From assembly GCA_051439605.1 (NCBI GenBank), contig JBFRWN010000046.1, positions 1 to 64,000 of the forward strand: 64,000 nucleotides of DNA. The letters run 5' to 3'. Below the pieces are notes generated by a model. The model was not told the DNA's origin and searched no databases. It saw only the letters and a program-made list of their open reading frames with translations. Numbering within the stretch: the stretch's first letter is position 1; every line of letters starts with the position of its first letter. The stretch comes from Synechococcus sp. (GTDB taxonomy: Bacteria > Cyanobacteriota > Cyanobacteriia > Thermostichales > PCC-7336). Shown piece after piece: positions 19,066 to 29,314 of this stretch. The position numbers and the translations under genes are program-made.

Positions 19066-20160
19066 TTAGGCATCCTGTTGGGCTAGCTCCGCCAACTGCT
19101 CTTTCTGGTAAACGCCGATGCAAGATTGGACCAAATCTTCCATCTCCCCTTCTAATACAGGGGTAAGGGAAAAGTTCTGGCCCAAGCGATGATCGGTGAT
19201 CCGGTTGTCTTTATAGTTATAGGTGCGGATTTTTTCAGACCGAGATCCGGTGCCCACCTGCATGCGCCGGTTGCTCATAATCTCATCCTGCTGTTCCTTT
19301 AACTTCATTTCGTAGAGCTTGGCCCGCAGAATTTGCATTGCCCGTTCTCGGTTTTGCAACTGAGATCGCTCTTCAGTACAGAACACGCGAATTCCTGTCG
19401 GTTTGTGGATCAGATCGACGGCTGTCTCAACCTTGTTGACGTTCTGGCCTCCAGCTCCTCCCGAGCGGGCGGTTTTCATTTCAATATCTTTTGGGTCAAT
19501 TTCAATTTCCACTTCGTCTACTTCCGGCATGATAGCCACCGTAGCAGTCGAGGTGTGAACGCGACCCTGAGTCTCGGTTACCGGCACCCTCTGTACTCTG
19601 TGAACGCCAGCTTCAAACTTGAGCTTGCTGTACACGCGATCGCCGGTCACTTCCATAATTGCCTCTTTGCATCCCCCCATATCTGCATCTGAAAAGCTGA
19701 CCATTTTAACTGACCATCTCATTTTTTCTGCATAGCGGGTGTACATGCGTACCAGATCTCCAGCCCAAATCGCGGCTTCATCCCCTCCAGTTCCGGCGCG
19801 AATTTCTAACATGATGTTTTTGTCGTCGTTGGGATCTTGAGGAAGTAGCAAGATAGTGAGCTGCTCCTCTAGGCTCAGCTCTTGTTCTTTCAAGTCTTCT
19901 AGCTCTGCCGAGGCCATAGCAGCTAATTCTGGATCGTCAGCGGACTCTTTAAGAATCTCTTCGGCTCCCTCCAGTTCTTCGCGCACCGACTGCCATTCTT
20001 GAAAAGTTTCGACAGTCTTTTCAAGGGCAGAGCGAGCCTTTGCCACCCGTTGCAGTTCATCGGGATCGGTCGCCACTTCGGGATCGGCTAAACGCACTGT
20101 CAGTTCATGAAATGTTGTTTCGATATTATTTAGCTTTTGCAACATATGGGTAGCAACCAT
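19066..20160 (-). CDS. prfA: Peptide chain release factor 1
   Basis: GGQ motif (GAGGQNVNK), PVT anticodon motif and [14 protein letters not shown] at 20160 preferred as start. Confidence 0.97.
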   Translation of the reverse strand: MVATHMLQKLNNIETTFHELTVRLADPEVATDPDELQRVAKARSALEKTVETFQEWQSVREELEGAEEILKESADDPELAAMASAELEDLKEQELSLEEQLTILLLPQDPNDDKNIMLEIRAGTGGDEAAIWAGDLVRMYTRYAEKMRWSVKMVSFSDADMGGCKEAIMEVTGDRVYSKLKFEAGVHRVQRVPVTETQGRVHTSTATVAIMPEVDEVEIEIDPKDIEMKTARSGGAGGQNVNKVETAVDLIHKPTGIRVFCTEERSQLQNRERAMQILRAKLYEMKLKEQQDEIMSNRRMQVGTGSRSEKIRTYNYKDNRITDHRLGQNFSLTPVLEGEMEDLVQSCIGVYQKEQLAELAQQDA

Positions 20161-20363
20161 GACCCACAATCCTTCCTAACGAATGAACGATGAAATGTAG
20201 AGCGAGACTGTTGGTAGAAACAGATGGAGGTTTTAAGAGGCTGTCCGGTCTGTTGCAGCTGCTCGAAATGAGTGGACTAGGGGCAGTCCCCACAAATTAC
20301 GAAAGGCGATCGCCATGCCCCCAAAGGGGTCGAGCGATCGCCAATCTACAGGAAATAGGCAGG

Positions 20364-20585
20364 TTACTTGTTGTTTTTGCCAGACATACCGTATTTGCGC
20401 AAGAACCGATCGACCCGACCCTCAGTATCAATGATTTTGCTTTGGCCGGTAAAGAAGGGATGGTTACCAGACCAAACATCAACCTTCAGTTCAGGTTGAG
20501 TAGAGCCACAGACCATGACAACTTCACCGTTGCAAATGACCTTAGCTTCTGGGTACCACTCGGGGTGGATTTTCTCTTTAGGCAT
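20364..20585 (-). CDS. rpmE: 50S ribosomal protein L31
   Basis: Motifs IHPEWY, HPFFTG and GRVDRF. Confidence 0.97.
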   Translation of the reverse strand: MPKEKIHPEWYPEAKVICNGEVVMVCGSTQPELKVDVWSGNHPFFTGQSKIIDTEGRVDRFLRKYGMSGKNNK

Positions 20586-20663
20586 GGTTTACACCTCCAG
20601 CATCACAGATTGGTAGAACAACAAAAGGGCTCAATGATTTCAAATAGGCGTTCAAAACAGCGA

Positions 20664-21068
20664 TTAACGCTTAGAAAATTGGGGAGCCTTGCGTGCTTTG
20701 TGCAATCCGTACTTCTTACGCTCCTTGGCACGCGGATCGCGACGAAGATAGCCTTCCGATTTTAGGGGGCTGCGGTTATCTGGATCCATTTCGCAGAGGG
20801 CACGGGCCACGCCCATACGGATTGCATCTGCTTGGCCAGTTACACCACCACCGTGGGCATTGACCAGGATGTCGTAAGAGCCTTCCAGTCCTAGAGTCTC
20901 CAGAGGAGCTTTTGCCGCTGAAACTAGGGTTTCGCGGAACTGAAGGTATTCTTTCCCGGGGCGCTTGTTAATCGTGAAGTTGCCTTCGCCAGGAACTAAA
21001 CGAACGCGGGCGATCGCTTTCTTGCGACGGCCGGTACCCCAGTAAACTGCTTTGGTATCTTCACTCAT
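20664..21068 (-). CDS. rpsI: 30S ribosomal protein S9
   Basis: Motifs GTGRRK and [10 protein letters not shown]. Confidence 0.98.
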   Translation of the reverse strand: MSEDTKAVYWGTGRRKKAIARVRLVPGEGNFTINKRPGKEYLQFRETLVSAAKAPLETLGLEGSYDILVNAHGGGVTGQADAIRMGVARALCEMDPDNRSPLKSEGYLRRDPRAKERKKYGLHKARKAPQFSKR

Positions 21069-21070
21069 GA

Positions 21071-21526
21071 CTATGCTTTAACTCCAGGAATCGTGTTCAA
21101 GGTTAGGGTCTCGGGTTGTTGAGCCTCGTGGGGGTGGTTAGGACCAGCATAAACTTTTAGCTTCTTAAACTGCTTGCGCCCAAGGGAGGTATGCGGCAGC
21201 ATTCCTTTGACAGCCTTCTCGATAATGCGCTCGGGAAGACGCTCCTGCAGGTGCTGGAAGGTTTCTACCTTCATTCCACCAGGACGTCCAGAATGGCGGC
21301 GGTATAGCTTTTGTTCAGCCTTGCGACCGGTAACGGTGACTTTCTCAGCGTTGACCACAATCACAAAGTCCCCGGTATCCATGTGGGGGGTGAAGTCTGG
21401 CTTGTTCTTACCGCGCAAGATTGCTGCGATAGAGGCAGCCAAACGACCGAGACGCTGGTCAGCAGCATCAACAACGTACCAACGGGGCTGAATCGAAGTA
21501 ACGCTAGGGACGGGAGTCTTGTTCAT
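21071..21526 (-). CDS. rplM: 50S ribosomal protein L13
   Basis: Motifs [14 protein letters not shown] and HPHEAQQP. Confidence 0.98.
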   Translation of the reverse strand: MNKTPVPSVTSIQPRWYVVDAADQRLGRLAASIAAILRGKNKPDFTPHMDTGDFVIVVNAEKVTVTGRKAEQKLYRRHSGRPGGMKVETFQHLQERLPERIIEKAVKGMLPHTSLGRKQFKKLKVYAGPNHPHEAQQPETLTLNTIPGVKA

Positions 21527-21535
21527 AACTACAAA

Positions 21536-22432
21536 TCACGACATAAATTCGGGAAAATTACTCTGCTGTACTAGCCCCGCAGGCGGCTCAGCAGGTTCGA
21601 CGGTGCGCTCAGCTGTGAACGGGAAAGCAGCTGTAGGAGAAAGTTCCATTTGCGACGCCTGAAAAGGATCGCTTGAATAGCCTACTCCTGTCAAGCAGAG
21701 CCCCTGGGCAGGGGCACTGTATCGAATAGCTGGGCGATCGCGCCGCCACATTAATTCGAATTCCTGGGGGGATAAGTCTCCCAGTCCCACAGACACAAGA
21801 GCACCCACCAGTAGCCGCATCATGCGATACAAGAAACCAGATGCTTTGACGTCAATCCAAATCAGCGGACCTGAACGCCAGCATTCCACAGCTTGAATAT
21901 GGACTCGAGAATGAAGCCGTTTAGAGCCCGACAACCGGAAAACTTCGAAGTCATGCTCTCCAACTATAGTCTGAAGCGCCGAATTCATCCGACAATCGTC
22001 CAATGGGTGGCGATGATGCCAGCTAAATAGGCGCCAGAAAACATCTGGATATTCTATATTCCATATGGCGTAACGGTAACTCCGCCACGTTGCGGAAAAG
22101 CGCGCGTGCCAATCCGCTGCGACTCCAGTCACTGCCCGAACAACTACATCTGTCGGTAATGCATTGTTAAGAGCAAACCCCCAGCGATCGAGAGGAATGG
22201 GAGAGTGAGTATCGAAGTGAGCCACTTGCCCACAGGCATGCACCCCAGTATCGGTGCGACCGGCACCAGAAATCACCACAGGTTCGCCCGTTAATCTGGT
22301 GATGGTTCGCTCCAACTCTTCCTGCACGCTGCGATGATGTGGCTGTCGTTGCCACCCAAAAAACCTTGTCCCCAAGTATTGCAACTTGAGGGCAATGCGG
22401 TGGATGGGAAGGCTAGACGCAGTTACATCCAT
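21536..22432 (-). CDS. truA: tRNA pseudouridine(38-40) synthase
   Basis: Motifs GWQRQ, AGRTDTGVHA, HARFSA and FLYRMMR. Confidence 0.96.
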   Translation of the reverse strand: MDVTASSLPIHRIALKLQYLGTRFFGWQRQPHHRSVQEELERTITRLTGEPVVISGAGRTDTGVHACGQVAHFDTHSPIPLDRWGFALNNALPTDVVVRAVTGVAADWHARFSATWRSYRYAIWNIEYPDVFWRLFSWHHRHPLDDCRMNSALQTIVGEHDFEVFRLSGSKRLHSRVHIQAVECWRSGPLIWIDVKASGFLYRMMRLLVGALVSVGLGDLSPQEFELMWRRDRPAIRYSAPAQGLCLTGVGYSSDPFQASQMELSPTAAFPFTAERTVEPAEPPAGLVQQSNFPEFMS

Positions 22433-22440
22433 TGGGCAGG

Positions 22441-22794
22441 TTAGTCTACAAGTTCGATAACAGCCATTTCTGCGCCGTCACCGCGGCGGGGAACAGTACG
22501 CAGAATTCGCGTATATCCACCGTTACGCGCACTGTAGCGACCAGGAACCTGCTCGAATAAAGCGTGCACCAACTGCTTATCGAAGATATATCCCAAAGCT
22601 TGGCGACGGGCAGAGAGAGAGCCGTCTTTGGCAAGACCGATCATTTTTTCCGCAGTGGAGCGAACTGCTTTAGCACGGGCTTTGGTGGTAGTGATGCGAC
22701 CTTCGCGCAGTAATGCTGTGGTGAGGCTACGCATGAGAGCCTTGCGCTGGTCGGCAGGCTTATTGAGGCGGGGGATTCGGCAGCGATGGCGCAT
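22441..22794 (-). CDS. rplQ: 50S ribosomal protein L17
   Basis: Motifs [19 protein letters not shown] and RRGDGA. Confidence 0.98.
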   Translation of the reverse strand: MRHRCRIPRLNKPADQRKALMRSLTTALLREGRITTTKARAKAVRSTAEKMIGLAKDGSLSARRQALGYIFDKQLVHALFEQVPGRYSARNGGYTRILRTVPRRGDGAEMAVIELVD

Positions 22795-22855
22795 GGGAAG
22801 GTTCCTACTGGGCTAGATCCTAATTTGTGAGTGAAAAACGCAATAACGAATGAGT

Positions 22856-23800
22856 CTACTTACTCTTGTCTCTAGTACGAGAGAGGGTTAAGTTGAGCCG
22901 ATCTTTGAGGGCTTCAATGACTTCTTCAGCCGATTTTTGACCAAAGTTTTTGATCTCGAGGAGATCTTCTTCGCTGTAAACCAACAGGTCAGCAACGGTG
23001 TTAACCTGTGCGCGTTTGAGACAGTTGTAAGCACGAACAGATAGCTGCAGCTCTTCAATCGGGATCTGATTTTTCTGATCGTCCTCTGCCTTGGGTGCCA
23101 CATCAGTCGATGTGAAAGTAACATCCTGCAGCGGCAAGAAAAGCTGAACCAAAGTTTGCGCAGCTTGGCTCAAGGCATCCTGAGGGTTTAAGCTACCGTT
23201 CGTCCAAATCTCCATAACAAGACGGTCTTGTTCGAGGGATTCACCTACGCGGGCATCCTCAACGATATAGTTCACTTTATGAACTGGCATAAAGACCGAA
23301 TCAATCTGAAGGAAGTCGACGGCAATGGTATCGGTGTTGCCGTAGTCTACCGAACGATAGCCGCGACCGCGATCGACCAGAAATTCCATCTCAAGGGTTG
23401 CACCTTCAGAAAGGGTTGCGATGTAGTGATCGGGGTTTACAACCTCTAACTGGGAGGGCAGCTCCATCTGAGAAGAAGTTGCAACCCCCGGTCCCTGAAC
23501 AGACAGTCGCCCCATCTGCGAGTCTGAAGACATGGACTTGAACACCAGCTCTTTCATGTTGAGCAAAATGTCCATAACGTCTTCACGAACGCCGGGAATA
23601 GTGGAAAATTCATGGCTAACACCGGCAATTCGTACAGCCGTGACGGCTGCACCTTCCAGATTAGAAAGCAGAACCCTTCTCAGAGCATTACCAACGGTTG
23701 TCCCTTGACCCCGTTCCAGGGGACCAAGAATGAATTTCCCATAAAGAACACCATTCTTGTCTTCATGGCTTTCCACACATTCAGTTTGATAGAGTGCCAC
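22856..23800 (-). CDS. rpoA: RNA polymerase subunit alpha
   Basis: Motifs PLERGQGTTVGNALRRVLLS and LSVRAYNCLKRA. GTG start at 23800 with a GGAGG RBS; the ORF track extends too far upstream. Confidence 0.98.
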   Translation of the reverse strand: MALYQTECVESHEDKNGVLYGKFILGPLERGQGTTVGNALRRVLLSNLEGAAVTAVRIAGVSHEFSTIPGVREDVMDILLNMKELVFKSMSSDSQMGRLSVQGPGVATSSQMELPSQLEVVNPDHYIATLSEGATLEMEFLVDRGRGYRSVDYGNTDTIAVDFLQIDSVFMPVHKVNYIVEDARVGESLEQDRLVMEIWTNGSLNPQDALSQAAQTLVQLFLPLQDVTFTSTDVAPKAEDDQKNQIPIEELQLSVRAYNCLKRAQVNTVADLLVYSEEDLLEIKNFGQKSAEEVIEALKDRLNLTLSRTRDKSK

Positions 23801-23911
23801 CGGCACGCCTCCCTTATTCGTTAGCCTGGGATAACTCGAGTCAACTTGATGAACTGATTTCTTGATGCTGACCGATAGCTTGAAGCTATGTTTCAGCAAA
23901 ACTCAAATGAA

Positions 23912-24298
23912 TTAAACGCGGCGACGTTTGGGTGGACGACAGCCGTTGTGAGGAATGGGGGTTACGTCGCGGATAAGAGTAATCTCCAGTCCAGCTGCCT
24001 GTAGTGCGCGAATAGCAGTTTCTCGACCCGAGCCAGGGCCGCTAACCATGACTTCAATCTGTCGCATTCCATTGTCGATCGCAGTGCGCGCGGCACTTTC
24101 AGCTGCAGTTTGAGCTGCAAAGGGTGTTCCTTTCTTTGCCCCTTTGAAGCCACTGGAACCTGCAGATGCCCACGAGATTGCCTCACCGTTCGGATCGGTG
24201 ATTGTGACGATGGTGTTATTGAACGTGGACTGAATGTAAGCAACACCATTGGGTACGTTGCGCTTAGTTTTTTTCCGACGTTGTGGCTGTCGAGCCAT
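23912..24298 (-). CDS. rpsK: 30S ribosomal protein S11
   Basis: Motifs STFNNT and [18 protein letters not shown]. Confidence 0.98.
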   Translation of the reverse strand: MARQPQRRKKTKRNVPNGVAYIQSTFNNTIVTITDPNGEAISWASAGSSGFKGAKKGTPFAAQTAAESAARTAIDNGMRQIEVMVSGPGSGRETAIRALQAAGLEITLIRDVTPIPHNGCRPPKRRRV

Positions 24299-24466
24299 GA
24301 GTTGTCCCCTATTTCCCAGTAATCAATCGCTGTCTTAGAATGTGCCAACTTCTATTGCAAACTTGTGTGGCGGCACGACCAGTGCGCTTTAGACAAAAAC
24401 GCTACCCTGGAAGCCATCGACAAGCCGAACGCAGCGACTTTTTTAGAAGCAGCTGCGCTCTCAGCT

Positions 24467-24835
24467 CTACTTTTTCTTGCCCGCAACAGTCTTGCGCGCA
24501 CCCTTGCGAGTACGTGCATTGGTACGAGTTCGCTGCCCTCGTAGCGGAAGGCCTGTACGATGGCGACGACCCCGATAACAGCCAATGTCCATCAACCGCT
24601 TGATGTTCATGGACTCAAATCGGCGTAGGTCTCCTTCCACCTGATATTCGCCTTCTACTACAGCCCGCAATGAAGCCACCTCAGCATCCGAAAGATCTCG
24701 AGTGCGGGTGTCAGGATTGACGTTGGCTTTGGCCAAAATTTCTTGGGAACGAGACAGACCAACACCGTAAATATAGGTAAGGGCAATTTCTACTCGTTTC
24801 TCTCGGGGGATGTCCACCCCAGCAATACGTGCCAT
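24467..24835 (-). CDS. rpsM: 30S ribosomal protein S13
   Basis: Motifs [10 protein letters not shown] and [14 protein letters not shown]. Confidence 0.98.
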   Translation of the reverse strand: MARIAGVDIPREKRVEIALTYIYGVGLSRSQEILAKANVNPDTRTRDLSDAEVASLRAVVEGEYQVEGDLRRFESMNIKRLMDIGCYRGRRHRTGLPLRGQRTRTNARTRKGARKTVAGKKK

Positions 24836-24865
24836 GAGACTCCTACTCTAACTCTCTCTTTAGTC

Positions 24866-24979
24866 CTAGCCCTGACGCTGTTTGTGCTTGGGGTTGGAGC
24901 AAATGACCCGAACCTTGCCGTGGCGTCGAATAACCCGACATTTGTCACACATTTTGCGGACAGAAGCTCTAACCTTCAT
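24866..24979 (-). CDS. rpmJ: 50S ribosomal protein L36
   Basis: Manual translation [37 protein letters not shown]. Confidence 0.98.
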   Translation of the reverse strand: MKVRASVRKMCDKCRVIRRHGKVRVICSNPKHKQRQG

Positions 24980-25009
24980 GCCTATCCAAAAATTAATCAG
25001 CAAATAAAC

Positions 25010-25038
25010 ATTCTAAGTGACGCGATCGCACTTGTCAA
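25010..25038 (-). promoter_or_regulatory. Sigma70-type promoter for the rpmJ-prfA cluster
   Basis: Minus strand TTGACA-17 nt-TAGAAT, about 30 bp upstream of the rpmJ start. Confidence 0.75.
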
Positions 25039-25255
25039 AGGAATTTGTGCAGTTTTCTTATATCTTGCTGAATAATCTCGATCGTCCTTCAAAAGACAGC
25101 TTCACCAAGCCAAAAAATGGAGCCGCTGCCAGCAGTTCTGGCATCAAGATTTTGTTCCTCCATTTGGATCAATGGGAGATGAAACCGAAGGGGTAATCCA
25201 ATCCTATTAAGAGGTCATCTGGCCGGCGAAAGCTGCCTGCAGCGACTCAGAATTC

Positions 25256-25435
25256 CTATTTGCCAAAGCCCTGCCTAGCTTCTTCAACAAGGTCCAGGGT
25301 GATTTTGTCACAATCCCGTTCCCGCGCAAGGGCTTCAATACTTTGCCTTGCCTGAGTGCGGACAAAAAACGGAATCTTACGGAAACACTCCTTGGCCTCC
25401 TCTGTCCACTCAAACTCATCATCCCAATCGGCCAC
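25256..25435 (-). CDS. Stand-alone PCP_red domain protein (ChlB/BchB C-terminal-like), 59 aa
   Basis: Manual translation MADWDDEFEWTEEAKECFRKIPFFVRTQARQSIEALARERDCDKITLDLVEEARQGFGK carries the W..EA...L.KIPFFVR..AR pattern. GGAG RBS before the GTG. Confidence 0.85.
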   Translation of the reverse strand: MADWDDEFEWTEEAKECFRKIPFFVRTQARQSIEALARERDCDKITLDLVEEARQGFGK

Positions 25436-25673
25436 ACTCTAACTCCTAAAGAAGATGTGCCAGTTAAAGAAAATCTACCAAATTTACACTAGATCTAACA
25501 GGCTACAGGTCTAGCTGGAACAGAGATCGTCCGATCGTGACTGGCGTGAATGGTGCTGGTAAATGATGCATATGAATTCTGCAGCAAGTTCACCACCCAT
25601 CATAGAAATCAACGTTGAATTTCTACACCCTCCAAAAGATGAATGAAAGCAGTCAGAGACTGATTGGAGAATT

Positions 25674-25814
25674 CTACGAAGTGGTTGATTCATAAGAAAC
25701 TGCATCAGACGGTTGGCCGTATGCAACTTCGGCTAAGATTTTTACAGGTTCCCACGGTTCATCGTAGTAACTTGCAAGCTCAATCAGTTTTTGGTTTAGT
25801 TCTTCCTTTGTCAC
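25674..25814 (-). CDS. Candidate small protein (46 aa)
   Basis: GGAG RBS 8 nt before GTG; MTKEELNQKLIELASYYDEPWEPVKILAEVAYGQPSDAVSYESTTS. Confidence 0.35.
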   Translation of the reverse strand: MTKEELNQKLIELASYYDEPWEPVKILAEVAYGQPSDAVSYESTTS

Positions 25815-26310
25815 AGGTTTAACTCCAGTAGGAATGACAGGGATTGTGCAATGCGTAATTTACTAATGACGAGTTGAAGGAGGCAAACGAGCCCACTACA
25901 TTAGTTCAGCGACTTGCTCAGTTGGCAAAGCAGACCAATGAAGCACTCTTCTGTCACGTAGACAGATTTTGCTGATTATTAAGAATCATAAAGTATTTGA
26001 TTGCCTATGTCATCCGTAAGATTTACAGGGCAATAGCAGTAAGCAAACCCATTGAGGTTCCTGGCAGCAACCCCTACCTTCTTGAATGAACAGGCCAATT
26101 GAGCTGCGGAGCTTTAGTGAACGCTGATTAGATCAAGCTTGTCTGCCATCACTAAATCGAGGCAAGCCCCCAGTTCTGCCGAAGACACTATCAAAGACTA
26201 GAACGTATCAAGAAGCAGTAAAAATCTGCTTGCATTTCTCAAGCTAGATTTTTGTTGCCGGTGTCCTTAACTGATGCTCAATCGCCTTATCGCACTCTAA
26301 ATTTGCAACC

Positions 26311-27336
26311 GTGTCAAAGCCTAGCGTCCTAACTGTCATCCCCAGCAGAATCTACCTGTTGCTGGCCACCCTCATCTTTGCGGCTGCCAATGCCATCACC
26401 AGCAAACTGATGACGGTTGGGGCTGCGCTGGCAACACATGGGGTCAATCCGATTTCTTTTTGCAACGTGCTGTTTGTGGGTAATGCCTGTGCCTTGTTGT
26501 TGCTAGTGGGCATTTATCGTCAAGAGCTGCTCCCGAACCGGGTAAACCATTTAAGTCGAAAAGATTGGCTGTTTCTCGGGTTGGTAGCCGTGCTGTCGGG
26601 AGCTTTGGCTCCGGCATTGATTTTTACTGCGCTGGATCTGACCTCGGTTAACAATGTCATTTTGCTAACGCGTTTGGAGCCACCCATCGCCCTGATTCTG
26701 GCGGTGTACTTTTTAAAGGATCGAGTGAATGTGTGGGTTGCCGCTGGGGCAGCAGTATCGTTTGCGGGGGTGTTGCTGACAGTGGTGTTGCAAACTCCGG
26801 TGGGGCCAGCTATGGGGACTCCTGGGTTTCAGGTGGGGGTTGGGGATGTGGCGGCGATGGTGGGGGCGATCGCGGCAGCAGTGGCAACCACCATTAGCCA
26901 GGCCAGCTTGCAGCGAGTTCCATTGGGGCTCTTCACCGTGTTTCGGACGGCGGTGGGTACGGCAGTGTTTTTTGGGGCGGCCATTGTGCTGTTTGGGCCG
27001 GAACACTTTGCCGGTGTAGGAATGCCGGTTGTTTGGCAGTGGATGCTGATTTATGGGGGCGCGATCGTGGTTGGGGGGCAGCTCAGTTGGTTTGCTGGAT
27101 TACAGCGGGCCAGTGCGGCAGAGATTTCCCTCGCCAATTCTATTCATCCGTTAGCGGGGATTTTGGCAGCGTTTGCGATTTTGGGGGATGTGCCGACCTT
27201 TGGGCAGTGGATTGGGGGAGGAGCGATCGCGATCGGAATTGTGTTGAGTCAAGTTGGGGTCAGGCTTCAGCAACAAGAGCCAGCAAAGGTGCAACTCAAG
27301 GAAGCAGACATCGAGATGGGTTTTAAGGGGATTTGA
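26311..27336 (+). CDS. DMT/EamA family transporter
   Basis: About 10 TM segments in two EamA repeats; LEPPIALILAVYFLKD. Confidence 0.88.
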   Translation: MSKPSVLTVIPSRIYLLLATLIFAAANAITSKLMTVGAALATHGVNPISFCNVLFVGNACALLLLVGIYRQELLPNRVNHLSRKDWLFLGLVAVLSGALAPALIFTALDLTSVNNVILLTRLEPPIALILAVYFLKDRVNVWVAAGAAVSFAGVLLTVVLQTPVGPAMGTPGFQVGVGDVAAMVGAIAAAVATTISQASLQRVPLGLFTVFRTAVGTAVFFGAAIVLFGPEHFAGVGMPVVWQWMLIYGGAIVVGGQLSWFAGLQRASAAEISLANSIHPLAGILAAFAILGDVPTFGQWIGGGAIAIGIVLSQVGVRLQQQEPAKVQLKEADIEMGFKGI

Positions 27337-27403
27337 GGTCGAGCGAAGTGTCCGCGACTGGCGACTTGACGTCCTCGATAATTTAAGACGAACTTTGCCG
27401 GAT

Positions 27404-29308
27404 TTAGGCTGAAGAGTCCTGGCGATCGGAATTCTGCTTTGAGAAGGGGGTTTCAATCCACAGCGATCGCTGGGGAAATGGAATTGTTATACCCGCTTCA
27501 TCAAAGGCTTTTTTCAGCCGTAGGCGATATTCTCGACCCACATCCCACTGCCGCATCGGTTGAGTGGTCATTAACAGGCGAATGGTAATGCTGTTATCCC
27601 CAAATCCGTCAACTCCCAATACCAGCGGGGGTTCTAGAATGAGCTCTGACCAATCGGGGTCGTTCTGCATCAGGTTCGCAACAGTTTCAATGACATGCAG
27701 TGCCTTATCCAAATCGGTACTGTAGGCCACATCGACCCCTAAGTTTAGGCGCGACCATTCGTTGGTTAGATTTTGCACGGTGGAGATGGTACCGTTGGCG
27801 ATGGAAATCAGTTCTCCATCCAAGCTGCGCAACTTCGTGATGCGCAAGCTAATAAATTCCACATACCCGGATACATTCCCAATTGAGACCACATCCCCGA
27901 TCGCGTATTGGTCTTCCCATAAGATGAATAACCCATTCAAAAAGTCTTTGATTAAATTTTGCGAGGCAAAGCCGACAATGCCAGCTAGCGTGACTATGGG
28001 GACAGTCGGCAGTCGAAATCCTTCAAACAGAAATACGATCGCGATGATGGTAATTGCCGCCGCTTGGGTCAGAGTTTTGTAAGCAATGGATAGACTGGGA
28101 GCCCGTTTTAAATGACGTCGGGATGCTGTACCAGTGAGAATACTTCTGTCCACCCAAGCTCGAATTAAGATATCGATGGCAAAATCGATGCCTCTCTTGA
28201 GCAACAGCACGAGGAGTGCAAACAACAATAGGCGGATTGGCAAATTCAGCAACCAGTGGCCTGCATCTCGGCTGTAGGGATATAGCTGCAGAATCCATAC
28301 CAATCCACCCAACCACAGCACTGTTTGTGCCAAGCGCATGACCTCCCGGGCGAGCGTGTTGAGTTGTTGTTTAGGAGAACGGGTTGAGAACAGCTTCACC
28401 AGTACGGGATGCAACAATGAATCTAGAGGGTCCTGTTGATTCGGACCTTCTCCAGAGCTTTTGCGGGGGTTTGTCGGCCACTTGGGTAACGGATGGGACT
28501 GCAATAGATGTTGAAATTTTGAGAGAAGATGCCGCTGAATTCGATAGATCGTCCAGCTCAGAGCGAGCATCCCCAGAAAGATAGCAACTGTTTTGCCTGC
28601 TTGCTGTCGCAAATACTCCGGTTTCCGTTCCGCTCGTGCCCGAATTAAAGCCTTGCGAACGATCTCTACCCGGGTCTCTGCCAAATCAGCTAACTCCTCC
28701 CCCAGCAAACGAGCATCCTCTTGGGTCACCCGACCCACCTCTTGAGGGGGAAACCTCTTGGGGTCAGAAACAAAAACGGAGATGTCACTATCAATATCGC
28801 TATCGCTAGCTTCTAACGTCACTTTCAACTGGAAGGGAAGGTAGTCCAAAGCGACGATTTGTCGCAGGTTATTTTCCAGATACTCCACACGCTCGACAAC
28901 GGGACGCAGGCCGGACTCGGTTTTGGTGTTTGGGGCTCCCGGTAGGGGGGCGCTAGCCGCAACAGGGAACAGACCGTAGCCATCCAGCGTGACGTAGGCG
29001 TATTCGAGATTGCCTCGCCGAAACACTGTAGTATCGGGTCGCAGTTGCAGCAGCGCACCGCTGAGTTCGAAAATGCGATCGAGCAGGCGAGAAGGACTAG
29101 CCTGCACCATTGCGGTAGGAGTCCAACTAAAATTGAGGAAAAGCGTTAGTAAACAGGCGATCGCCAAGATCGACCAACGATTCTTTCTGAGGCGCATCCG
29201 TAACTTTTGCAACTGCTTGCCGCTCGAACTCATGGGTCCAGAAAGAATTGCATGTTTATTAGAAACAGATAGTTCAGTATCGCCGGTTTGGTAGCTTTCG
29301 CTGAACAA
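27404..29308 (-). CDS. MscS family mechanosensitive channel with a periplasmic N-terminal domain
   Basis: Motifs GFASQNLIKDFLNG, IGDVV, G.VE.ISLRITKLR and AFDEAGITIPFPQR. Start uncertain. Confidence 0.9.
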   Translation of the reverse strand: MFSESYQTGDTELSVSNKHAILSGPMSSSGKQLQKLRMRLRKNRWSILAIACLLTLFLNFSWTPTAMVQASPSRLLDRIFELSGALLQLRPDTTVFRRGNLEYAYVTLDGYGLFPVAASAPLPGAPNTKTESGLRPVVERVEYLENNLRQIVALDYLPFQLKVTLEASDSDIDSDISVFVSDPKRFPPQEVGRVTQEDARLLGEELADLAETRVEIVRKALIRARAERKPEYLRQQAGKTVAIFLGMLALSWTIYRIQRHLLSKFQHLLQSHPLPKWPTNPRKSSGEGPNQQDPLDSLLHPVLVKLFSTRSPKQQLNTLAREVMRLAQTVLWLGGLVWILQLYPYSRDAGHWLLNLPIRLLLFALLVLLLKRGIDFAIDILIRAWVDRSILTGTASRRHLKRAPSLSIAYKTLTQAAAITIIAIVFLFEGFRLPTVPIVTLAGIVGFASQNLIKDFLNGLFILWEDQYAIGDVVSIGNVSGYVEFISLRITKLRSLDGELISIANGTISTVQNLTNEWSRLNLGVDVAYSTDLDKALHVIETVANLMQNDPDWSELILEPPLVLGVDGFGDNSITIRLLMTTQPMRQWDVGREYRLRLKKAFDEAGITIPFPQRSLWIETPFSKQNSDRQDSSA

Positions 29309-29314
29309 TTCCCT

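Noticed and set aside
22856..24298. Absence of rpsD between rpsK and rpoA
   Set aside because: This is the normal arrangement in cyanobacteria.
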